Shown one piece after another: positions 7,955 through 15,718 of a DNA stretch of 32,000 bases. Every line of letters starts with the position of its first letter. Positions within the stretch are counted from its first letter, which is position 1. Origin of the DNA: Massilicoli timonensis (lineage in GTDB: Bacteria > Bacillota_I > Bacilli_A > Erysipelotrichales > Erysipelotrichaceae); NCBI RefSeq assembly GCF_900199515.1, contig NZ_LT963434.1, positions 1,396,050-1,428,049 of the forward strand, in the 5' to 3' direction. The translations under genes were made by a program, and so were the position numbers. The notes under the pieces were generated by a model. That model saw nothing but the letters and a program-made list of their open reading frames with translations, ran no database searches and was not told the DNA's origin.

Positions 7955-8974
7955 ATGATCATAACCGTAAAGGCGAATATTCCCGAAAAAGAACTGGAAC
8001 GAATCAAAAGACAGTTTGAAGAACAGGGCTTTCAAATCAATGACAGCTGTGGCGCCAATTATCATATATTGGGACTGATCGGAGATACGACCACATTAGA
8101 TGAAAAATCGATCTTAGCAGATCCTTATATTTCACAAGTTACGCGTATCGCCGTTCCTTATAAACAGGCCAGCAGGCAATTTCATCCGGAAGATACGATC
8201 GTAGATGTAAATGGTATCAAGATCGGCGGAAAAGAGAAGATCGTCATAATCGGCGGACCTTGTTCAGTCGAGGGACAGGAACAAATATCCCGCATTGCCA
8301 AGGAAGTAAAAGAAGCGGGAGCGGATATGTTAAGAGGAGGCGCTTATAAGCCGCGTACTTCCCCATATGCGTTTCAGGGATTAGGTTTTGCAGGCATCAT
8401 GAATTTAGAACAGGCAAAAAAAGAAACCGGTATGCCGATCGTATCAGAACTGATGGACAGCGAACAGTTGGAGGAATTTGTCGAACATGTGGATATCATT
8501 CAGATTGGCGCCCGCAATATGCAAAACTTTTCTTTATTGAAAGCGGTCGGAAAGACGAAAAAACCGGTACTGTTAAAAAGAGGGCTGGCAAATACGATCG
8601 AAGAGTGGATCATGTCGGCAGAATATATTTTGGCGCAGGGCAACCCCAATGTCATCTTGTGCGAACGCGGCATTCGCACCTTTGAAAAATATACGCGCAA
8701 CACATTAGATCTCAGCGTCATTCCGATCATCAAAGAAAAAACACATCTGCCGATCATCATTGATCCATCGCATGCGACCGGCGATTGGAAACTGGTAGAA
8801 GCGATGAGCTTGGCGGCAGTTGTGGCAGGCGCAGATGGTTTGATGATTGAAGTGCATGACCATCCGGAATGTGCATGGAGCGACGGTGCGCAAAGCGTAA
8901 AGCCAAAACGCTTCAAAGAGATCATTGAAAAATGTCGAAAAGCAGCAAAGATCGTCGAAAGGGAATTAGGATGA
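7955..8974 (+). CDS. aroF: DAHP synthase, type I-beta, paralogue 2 (tandem duplicate with divergent N-terminal domain)
   Basis: Same catalytic motifs as paralogue 1. Nucleotides 8181-8442 differ from 7154-7415 at only 5 of 262 positions, whereas the first ~75 codons are highly diverged. Confidence 0.9.
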   Translation: MIITVKANIPEKELERIKRQFEEQGFQINDSCGANYHILGLIGDTTTLDEKSILADPYISQVTRIAVPYKQASRQFHPEDTIVDVNGIKIGGKEKIVIIGGPCSVEGQEQISRIAKEVKEAGADMLRGGAYKPRTSPYAFQGLGFAGIMNLEQAKKETGMPIVSELMDSEQLEEFVEHVDIIQIGARNMQNFSLLKAVGKTKKPVLLKRGLANTIEEWIMSAEYILAQGNPNVILCERGIRTFEKYTRNTLDLSVIPIIKEKTHLPIIIDPSHATGDWKLVEAMSLAAVVAGADGLMIEVHDHPECAWSDGAQSVKPKRFKEIIEKCRKAAKIVERELG

Positions 8975-10245
8975 AAGCAATCGTATATCCTTGCACTCCT
9001 TTCGGCACCTGTGTCATTCCGCCAAGTAAATCACTCAGCCATCGTGCGATCATCGCCGCCGCTTTGGCGTCCGGCACCAGTATCATTGAAAATATATCTT
9101 ATTCAAAGGATATTTTGGCTACCATTGAAGCGATACGAACGATCGGGGCGAAGATCACAGAATCAGGAACGACTTTGACGATTCAAGGGATTGGGACGTT
9201 GCAAGATCTGCCGCAGAAGATGATCGACTGCAATGAATCCGGCTCGACGCTGCGCTTTTTGATTCCCTTATTTGCACTGTCTGAACAAAGCATGATCTTT
9301 ACCGGAAAAGGGCGATTGTTGGAACGTCCGCAAAGTGTTTATCAAGAGTTGTTTGCGAAACAAGGGCTGACATTTTTACAAAATAAAGAACAGATCGTCG
9401 TGCGGGGACCTTTACAGGCAGGCGATTATGTACTGGAAGGAAATATCAGCTCACAGTTTATCAGCGGATTATTGTTTGCATTGCCGCTGCTTCCCGCTGC
9501 TTCCTCAATTACCGTAAAAGAACCGTTTGAATCCGCTTCTTATGTGGAATTGACGATCGATGTTCTAAAACGATTCGGCATTGAGATCATGCGAGAAAGT
9601 CACAATCGCTTTATGATCAAAGGAAATCAACAGTATCAAGCGGCGCATGATCGGGTGGAAAGTGATTATTCACAGGCTGCGTTTTTTGCGGTGTTAGGAG
9701 CGTTACATAAGGGAATCACTTTATCAAATCTCTCAGTCACCTCGAAGCAAGGAGATCAGGCAATCTTAGCGATATTGGAAAAAAGCGGAATCATCATTGA
9801 TCAAACGAAGGAAAATGTCGTGATTCACGGTGGTGAAGTACAGGGAAGTGAAATTGATTTAGCCGACTGTCCGGATCTTGGACCGATCTTAATGGTACTG
9901 GGCGCATTTGCCAAAGGTATGACGCATATTTATCATGCCAAACGGCTGCGCTATAAAGAAAGTGATCGAATCGCGGCAATGGAAACAGAACTAAAAAAAT
10001 TAGGTGTGGAAATTTCCAGCAGTGAAGATGAGATCTGGATAAAGGGAAGTCCTGCTTATCAAGGCGGCGTTGCACTCGAGGCGCATAATGATCATCGCAT
10101 CGTCATGAGTTTAGCAGTTGCGACGACGCTTTGTAAGAAGCCTTGTGTCATTATCGGGGCGCAGGCAATTTCTAAATCTTATCCGCATTTCTTTGCTGAT
10201 CTGGAACGCATCCGAGGAAAGGTCGTGCTGCAGGATGAAAATTAA
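8971..10245 (+). CDS. aroA: 3-phosphoshikimate 1-carboxyvinyltransferase (EPSP synthase)
   Basis: ORF 8932-10245. The homologous N-terminus starts at MKAIVYP... (ATG 8971, ATGA overlap with aroF'). PPSKSLSHRA, NESGSTLRFL and DHRIVMS are EPSPS motifs. Confidence 0.92.
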   Translation: MKAIVYPCTPFGTCVIPPSKSLSHRAIIAAALASGTSIIENISYSKDILATIEAIRTIGAKITESGTTLTIQGIGTLQDLPQKMIDCNESGSTLRFLIPLFALSEQSMIFTGKGRLLERPQSVYQELFAKQGLTFLQNKEQIVVRGPLQAGDYVLEGNISSQFISGLLFALPLLPAASSITVKEPFESASYVELTIDVLKRFGIEIMRESHNRFMIKGNQQYQAAHDRVESDYSQAAFFAVLGALHKGITLSNLSVTSKQGDQAILAILEKSGIIIDQTKENVVIHGGEVQGSEIDLADCPDLGPILMVLGAFAKGMTHIYHAKRLRYKESDRIAAMETELKKLGVEISSSEDEIWIKGSPAYQGGVALEAHNDHRIVMSLAVATTLCKKPCVIIGAQAISKSYPHFFADLERIRGKVVLQDEN

Positions 10246-11119
10246 ACAGGATACCCGGTTTTTGATCATCGGCTTAGGTTTGATCGGCGGCAGTTATGCA
10301 ATGGGATTAAGCAAAGCGGGCTATTCGGTCTTTGCGATCGATCAAGAGCAGGAAGCGATCGACTACGCTTTAGAAAAACAGATGATCGTAAAAGGAGCAT
10401 GCACAGATGATGAAGGTACGGTAATCGCTTTGATCAAACAGGCGGACTGCATCTTATTTGGACTTTATCCAAGTGCGATCCTTCCCTGGATCAGCCGATA
10501 TCAGCAATATATCAAAAGCGGTGCGCTGCTGAGCGATGTCAGCGGAGTAAAAGCGGCGATCGTCCCTTCTATTCAAGCGGCGCTGCGAAATGATCTGGAA
10601 TTTATCGGTGCACATCCGATGGCGGGTAAAGAAGTATCGTCAAATCGATTCAGTGATCCTTCTATTTTCAAGATCGCCAATTTCATTATTACACCAACAG
10701 AAAAAAACAGTAGCGCTGCCATTGCTTTTATGAAAGAATTTGCGCATCTTTTAGGATTTCATCATACAGCGATATTATCCTTGCAGGAGCATGACCGCAT
10801 GATCGGCTTTCTTTCTCAATTGACGCATATCATAGCGGTTGCTTTGATGAATACAAGTGATAATACACATCTGGCCGAATATACCGGTGATAGTTTTCGT
10901 GATCTAACTAGAATTGCGAAGATCAATGAACAGCTGTGGAGCGAGTTATTTTTCTTAAATAAGCCGGTGCTTTTGGCAGAGATCGATGCTTTTTCGAAAG
11001 CTTTGGCATCACTTAGAAAGGCACTGGCCGAAGATGATGAAGAAAAGTTAAAGGAATTGATGCGCTTATCAACGAAGCGCCGTAAAGTATTTGATCAAAA
11101 ACAGGAGGAACATAATTGA
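10235..11119 (+). CDS. tyrA: Prephenate dehydrogenase
   Basis: ORF 10118-11119. The real start is probably ATG 10235 (MKIKQDTRFLIIGLGLIGGSYA, Rossmann GxGxxG). GAHPMAG motif. Overlaps the aroA stop. Confidence 0.88.
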   Translation: MKIKQDTRFLIIGLGLIGGSYAMGLSKAGYSVFAIDQEQEAIDYALEKQMIVKGACTDDEGTVIALIKQADCILFGLYPSAILPWISRYQQYIKSGALLSDVSGVKAAIVPSIQAALRNDLEFIGAHPMAGKEVSSNRFSDPSIFKIANFIITPTEKNSSAAIAFMKEFAHLLGFHHTAILSLQEHDRMIGFLSQLTHIIAVALMNTSDNTHLAEYTGDSFRDLTRIAKINEQLWSELFFLNKPVLLAEIDAFSKALASLRKALAEDDEEKLKELMRLSTKRRKVFDQKQEEHN

Positions 11120-11130
11120 TTCGTGATCAT

Positions 11131-11154
11131 AAGCAGGCACACGCCTGTTTTTTG
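11131..11154 (+). terminator. Rho-independent terminator of the aro operon
   Basis: AGCAGGC/GCCTGTT stem with ACAC loop, followed by TTTTTT. Confidence 0.7.
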
Positions 11155-11160
11155 ATTCTG

Positions 11161-11169
11161 TGATACAAT
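11161..11169 (+). promoter_or_regulatory. Extended -10 element (TGaTACAAT) upstream of the DUF1848 gene
   Basis: TG 11161-11162, TACAAT 11164-11169. Would give a short leader to GAGG (11177-11180) and ATG 11189. Confidence 0.35.
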
Positions 11170-11188
11170 GATAGAAGAGGTGATGGCG

Positions 11189-12082
11189 ATGATCTTATTT
11201 GTCAGCGGCCGCTGTGACATTCCGGCCTTTTATTCCGAGTGGTTTTTCAATCGGCTAAAGATCGGTTTTGTCGATGTTAGAAATCCATATGATCAGCATC
11301 AAATATCGCGTATCCTTTTAGATGAGAAGCATATTGACTGCATTGTATTCTGTACCAAAAATCCCCTGCCGTTATTACAGAAACTCGATGCGATTCCATT
11401 CCCGTTTTTGGTGCATGTTACATTGACACCGTATCATCAGGATATAGAGCCGTTTGTCCCTGATAAAAAACAGATTTTATCCGCAATTCGCACCCTTTCT
11501 GAAAAACTGGGAAAAAAACGGGTAATCGTTCGTTATGATCCGATTTTATTGACGGAACGCTATACGCTTGCTTATCATAAAAAAGCGTTTGCTTCTTTGT
11601 GTGAAAAACTAAGCGGCTATGTGGATACGATCATTATCTCTTTTGTAGATGATTATCGCAATATGCGCAGCCATGCGATCCAAATCAAAATGTACGCACC
11701 GAAAGAGGCAGCCTGCCGGGAACTGGCAAAGGCATTTTATGACAGTGCCGCAAAGCATCAGATCAGGGTGCAGACGTGTGCGGAAAATATGGATTTGCGG
11801 GAATATGGGATCGAAAATCGACCTTGTTTTGCGGAAGCAGATCTGAATGATCGCTTACATACGGCAATTTATTTTCAAAAAGGGAAAAGCGTACGGAAAA
11901 ACTGCAGCTGCCTGCCTACCGTAGATATTGGCGATTACAATGCCTGTTCCTATCGCTGCCGCTATTGTTATGCCAATTATGATGAATCGAAGATAGCAGA
12001 AAATACACATAGGCATGATCCGAATAGTTCCGTCTTGATCGGACATGTGGAAAAAGAAGATAAAATTACGATCAGAAAATGA
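11189..12082 (+). CDS. DUF1848 family protein (uncharacterised, Cys-rich C-terminus)
   Basis: ORF 11168-12082. RBS spacing favours ATG 11189. The N-terminus MILFVSGRCDIPAFYSEWFFNRL is, from memory, the hallmark of DUF1848. C-terminal CSYRCRYC (CX3CX2C) at 11945-11968. Confidence 0.75.
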   Translation: MILFVSGRCDIPAFYSEWFFNRLKIGFVDVRNPYDQHQISRILLDEKHIDCIVFCTKNPLPLLQKLDAIPFPFLVHVTLTPYHQDIEPFVPDKKQILSAIRTLSEKLGKKRVIVRYDPILLTERYTLAYHKKAFASLCEKLSGYVDTIIISFVDDYRNMRSHAIQIKMYAPKEAACRELAKAFYDSAAKHQIRVQTCAENMDLREYGIENRPCFAEADLNDRLHTAIYFQKGKSVRKNCSCLPTVDIGDYNACSYRCRYCYANYDESKIAENTHRHDPNSSVLIGHVEKEDKITIRK

Positions 12083-12155
12083 TCATCATATGTGCGTTTT
12101 ATATGACATAAAGAGAATGCATAAAAACGTATAAGATCAACGAGCATACGTTCAT

Positions 12156-12210
12156 AAAAAAAGACTTTGTCGCAAGCGATCAAAAGATCAGGCTGCGAAA
12201 AGTCTTTTTC
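12156..12210. terminator. Bidirectional terminator hairpin between the DUF1848 gene and the small minus-strand ORF
   Basis: AAAAAGACTTTGTCGCA / TGCGAAAAGTCTTTTT: 16 bp with a single bulge, A-run on one side and T-run on the other. Confidence 0.65.
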
Positions 12211-12254
12211 TTTATCTGCATGATGAAATACTACTTCACAAAGGCAGTACCTTT

Positions 12255-12392
12255 CTAGGAAGGGTGTTGTTCCTCAAACTTTTTATTCTTGGAAGCAACA
12301 TTCCGATAACCTTTTTCCATTTTCGGAATGCCGATGCAAAGTGCCGCGATGACAACCGCGATGCAGATACATGCAATGATGATGCCCAGCAT
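12255..12392 (-). CDS. Unannotated 45-aa single-pass membrane peptide
   Basis: Not in the ORF track (<60 aa). AAAGGAGG lies 6 nt before the ATG (12390-12392). Hand translation gives MLGIIIACICIAVVIAALCIGIPKMEKGYRNVASKNKKFEEQHPS: a hydrophobic helix plus a charged tail. Confidence 0.55.
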   Translation of the reverse strand: MLGIIIACICIAVVIAALCIGIPKMEKGYRNVASKNKKFEEQHPS

Positions 12393-12464
12393 AATAAGCC
12401 TCCTTTCTTCATTATGATTTGTTCAGTTATTACAGAAAGATCTGTAAAGGGTATCTCTATTATC

Positions 12465-12492
12465 ATCATAACGCATTTTAACGATACTGCAA
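12465..12492 (-). promoter_or_regulatory. Candidate promoter for the 45-aa peptide gene
   Basis: On the minus strand: TTGCAG (12492-12487), 16-nt spacer, TATGAT (12470-12465). Confidence 0.35.
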
Positions 12493-12573
12493 GCGCTTTT
12501 ATGAAAAATCTTAAAGTTTTTTTATTTTGTCTGTTATAAAAACCTACTAATGAACACAAATCTATACGATAAC

Positions 12574-12606
12574 AAAAAAGGAACCTCATGCAAAGAAGTT
12601 CCTTTT
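12574..12606 (-). terminator. Rho-independent terminator after nrdG
   Basis: AAGGAAC/GTTCCTT stem (12578-12584/12598-12604). On the minus strand it is followed by TTTTTT. Confidence 0.7.
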
Positions 12607-12611
12607 ATGGT

Positions 12612-13139
12612 CTATTCATCAAGATGCTGATTGACCTCATCATAAGCGCTCAAGATCACCTGCTGCTTTGCCAGCGACTGCTGCACATCAATGATCCGCT
12701 GATTTTTGGATCCTTTGAAGCGCAGTCGATAATCTTTTTGTGCTTCAATGAAACGTCCGTCTACCAATACGTCTATATGTTCCAGCAGTGCTTTTTTCTC
12801 TTTGTCACACAGCAGTTCCTCAAATGTATAACCACTGTATGCCCAGACGTTGAGCTTCATTTCCTCTTTCGCAAAGACAGCGATCGGAATCAGCGCCGCG
12901 CTTTGATCAAAGGGTTCACCGCCGGATAAGGTCAGCCCGCTTTGTAAACGGATCTGTTTCATCTCCTCGATGATACGTGTTACATCCACTGATACACCGC
13001 CGTTTGGATCGTGTGTCTGAGGATTATGACAGTTTGGGCAGTGATGGGGACAGCCTTGTGTCCAAAGCACCATGCGTAAGCCCGGTCCATCAACGATACT
13101 GTCTCTTTGCAGATCAGAAGCAAGCCTTACACTAAGCAT
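12612..13139 (-). CDS. nrdG: Anaerobic ribonucleoside-triphosphate reductase activating protein (radical SAM)
   Basis: VDGPGLRMVLWTQGCPHHCPNCHNP (CX3CX2C), GLTLSGGEP. 8-nt overlap with nrdD. Confidence 0.93.
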   Translation of the reverse strand: MLSVRLASDLQRDSIVDGPGLRMVLWTQGCPHHCPNCHNPQTHDPNGGVSVDVTRIIEEMKQIRLQSGLTLSGGEPFDQSAALIPIAVFAKEEMKLNVWAYSGYTFEELLCDKEKKALLEHIDVLVDGRFIEAQKDYRLRFKGSKNQRIIDVQQSLAKQQVILSAYDEVNQHLDE

Positions 13140-15480
13140 GCTTTACGCGATCTCTTTCTTCAGCCGCCTTGGAATCATTGAAACGGTCAAGTGTACCTAC
13201 TAAATAGCCGGTAATACGTCTGATCTTTTCAAATTTCATTTCGCTCTTGTATTCATCACGGCCGCATTTCGGGCATACATGTCCTTCGATCACTCCGCTG
13301 TATCCGCAGACCGGATCACGATCCACCGGATGATTGATGCTGCCATAGCCGACGCCGGCTTCTTTCATACATCTTACGATTGCTTCAAATGCTTCCAAGT
13401 TGTTGCATGGATCGCCGTCCACCTCTACATAGGAAATATGACCGGCATTGGTAAAGGCATGATATGGTGCTTCTCGTTCGATCTTTTCAAAGGCGCCGAT
13501 GTGATAGTAAACCGGTACATGGAAGCTGTTGGTATAATATTCACGATCGGTAACGCCCGGAACCACACCGTAAAGTTTTTTATCAATGCGCGTAAAGCGT
13601 CCGGATAATCCTTCTGCCGGAGTGGCGATCAAAGAGAAATTGAGATGATACTGATTCATCGCCTCATCCATGCGATCACGCATATGACCGATGATCTTTA
13701 AGCCTAAAGCCTGCGCTTCATCACTTTCTCCGTGATGTTTTCCAATCAGCGCTTTCAAGCATTCCGCTAAGCCGATAAAGCCAACGGTAAGAGTACCTTG
13801 CTTGATCACTTCTTCTAACGTATCATTCCAGTTTAACTTATCAGCGCCGAGCCATACACCCTGTCCCATTAAGAACGGGAAGTTTTTCACTTTCTTTTGT
13901 CCCTGGATCGCCATACGCTCTAATAACTGCTGAATGACAGAATCGATTTTCTCATCTAATTCCTGGAAGAAACCGGCTTCATCGAATTTACCGTTTAATG
14001 CCACACCGTGCTTTAAGCCTAAACGCGGAAGGTTAATGGAAGTAAAGGACAAATTGCCTCGTCCGGTTACGATTTCCGGTCCGCAGCAGTTGCTGATCAC
14101 ACGCGTACGGCATCCCATATAAGTCGCTTCCGTATCCGGATCTCCTTCCTTATAATATTGCAAATTGAACGGTGCATCCAAGAAAGAAAAGTTCGGGAAC
14201 AAACGCTTTGCGGAAACGCGGCAGCTTAACTTGAACAAGTCATAGTTTGGATCGCCTTCATTGTAATTGACGCCTTCTTTTACTTTGAAGATCAAGATCG
14301 GGAAGATCGGTGTTTCCCCATTGCCCAGACCTGCTTCCTGTGCTAATAACAGATTTTTCGATACCATACGACCTTCACTGCTGGTATCGGTGCCGAAGTT
14401 GATGCTGCTGAAAGGAACCTGTGCGCCGGCACGAGAGTGCATCGTATTCAAATTATGGATAAAGCCTTCCATTGACTGGAATGTCTTTTTATCAGTGTCT
14501 TTCAAAGCATTGCGATAAGCAAATTCCTCGATCAGATCCATTTGTTTATTGCCGATATGATAGGTATCGTGCAAGAAAGTACGCTGCTTTTCTAAATATT
14601 CCTGTTTCATATCGATTTCCGGCTGCATGCCCCATGCTTTGATTTGGTTTTCTAAGCTATCCTTCAGATCGATTTCATCATCGACCAGCACTTCCAAAGC
14701 ACGGCTTAAATTGCGGATATATTCGCGTTTGAAGGTTTTGCGTACGCCCGGTGCCAAATAGTAGTCAAAGGATGGAATGCTCTGTCCGCCATGCTGATCA
14801 TTTTGATCGCTTTGGATCGCAATCGCCGCTAATGCCCCATAGCTTAAAATATCCTGCGGTTCACGCAGATGACCGTGTCCTGTTGAGAAACCGCCGTTAA
14901 ATAATTTATTCAGATCGATCTGACAGCAGGTCAAAGTACCCATATTCATAAAGTCCATATCATGAATATGAATGTCGCCGTTTTCGTGCATTTTCGCATG
15001 CAGCGGATTCATGACTTCATTCATACAGAATTCTTTAGAAATGGCGCTGCCGTATTGCAGCATCGTACCCATTGCGGTATTACCGTCAATATTGGCGTTT
15101 TCACGCTTGACATCGCCGTCCTCACCATCGGCATCCGCATATGTGATCTGTCCGATCGCTTTCATGATGCGGGATTTGGAGTTACGGATTCGAGAACGCT
15201 GATCACGATACAAAATGTATGCCTCTGCGGTTTTCGCATGTCCTTCTTCGATCAGCACTTTAATGACCGCATCCTGAATATCCTCTACATTAGGGGTCGC
15301 GTCAAAGTGTGATTCAAGATAATGAATGACCTTAGTCGTCAAAAGTTCGGCAGTTGTGTAGTCCGCTTCCTTTCCTTCCTGCGATGCTACGCTGTTGGCT
15401 GCTAAATAAATGGCCCGTGTAATTTTTTCCGGGGTGAAATGGATTTCGCGTCCATCTCTTTTTTGGATCATCGTAATCAT
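13132..15480 (-). CDS. nrdD: Anaerobic ribonucleoside-triphosphate reductase (class III), full length
   Basis: N-terminal ATP-cone (IQKRDGREIHFTPEKITRAI), finger-loop MGCRT, SINLPRLG, C-terminal Cys pairs (CGYSG...CPKCG) and glycyl-radical motif RRITGYLVG. Confidence 0.96.
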   Translation of the reverse strand: MITMIQKRDGREIHFTPEKITRAIYLAANSVASQEGKEADYTTAELLTTKVIHYLESHFDATPNVEDIQDAVIKVLIEEGHAKTAEAYILYRDQRSRIRNSKSRIMKAIGQITYADADGEDGDVKRENANIDGNTAMGTMLQYGSAISKEFCMNEVMNPLHAKMHENGDIHIHDMDFMNMGTLTCCQIDLNKLFNGGFSTGHGHLREPQDILSYGALAAIAIQSDQNDQHGGQSIPSFDYYLAPGVRKTFKREYIRNLSRALEVLVDDEIDLKDSLENQIKAWGMQPEIDMKQEYLEKQRTFLHDTYHIGNKQMDLIEEFAYRNALKDTDKKTFQSMEGFIHNLNTMHSRAGAQVPFSSINFGTDTSSEGRMVSKNLLLAQEAGLGNGETPIFPILIFKVKEGVNYNEGDPNYDLFKLSCRVSAKRLFPNFSFLDAPFNLQYYKEGDPDTEATYMGCRTRVISNCCGPEIVTGRGNLSFTSINLPRLGLKHGVALNGKFDEAGFFQELDEKIDSVIQQLLERMAIQGQKKVKNFPFLMGQGVWLGADKLNWNDTLEEVIKQGTLTVGFIGLAECLKALIGKHHGESDEAQALGLKIIGHMRDRMDEAMNQYHLNFSLIATPAEGLSGRFTRIDKKLYGVVPGVTDREYYTNSFHVPVYYHIGAFEKIEREAPYHAFTNAGHISYVEVDGDPCNNLEAFEAIVRCMKEAGVGYGSINHPVDRDPVCGYSGVIEGHVCPKCGRDEYKSEMKFEKIRRITGYLVGTLDRFNDSKAAEERDRVKHA

Positions 15481-15718
15481 AATTCTCTTCCTTTCTTAGT
15501 TGATCATTTTGCCTGTTTTCAGAATCGGTTTTCTTCTTGCACAAACAGGTATATTTTAACGAAATTCATATTTGATTTCCAGTAGGAAACTTCATTTTCA
15601 AAAATTTTACAATTTTCTCCTACAATGTGTTGGATGAAATGAAGGCAGAAACCTTCGCTTTGTGAAAAGATCGCTTCTTTGATTGTTCAGATATGTTTTC
15701 AGTAAAGAAACTATCATT

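Noticed and set aside
7347-8925. Long minus-strand ORFs (7347-7940, 197 aa; 8500-8925, 141 aa; 8705-8893) inside the two DAHP synthase genes
   Set aside because: They lie entirely antisense to genes with unambiguous homology. Their products are low-complexity and Ser/Cys/Pro-rich, with no RBS. They are duplicated only because the sense genes are duplicated, so they are shadow ORFs.
12236-12929. Track ORFs 12236-12589 (-), 12264-12539 (+) and 12588-12929 (+)
   Set aside because: They mutually overlap, cross terminator hairpins, lack an RBS and (for the last) run antisense to nrdG. The only convincing coding signal in the gap is the 45-aa ORF at 12255-12392 in a different frame.
15511-15550. 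Hairpin in the nrdD 5' region (CCTGTTT ... AAACAGG, 24-nt loop)
   Set aside because: There is no U-run and no recognisable riboswitch core. It is probably an ordinary 5'-UTR structure and is not reported as a feature.
15617-15634. Possible NrdR box upstream of nrdD (minus strand CAACACATTGTAGGAG)
   Set aside because: Only the left half resembles the NrdR consensus (roughly acaCwAtATaTwGtgt, recalled from memory). There is no convincing palindrome or tandem second box, and no nrdR gene in the window to support it.
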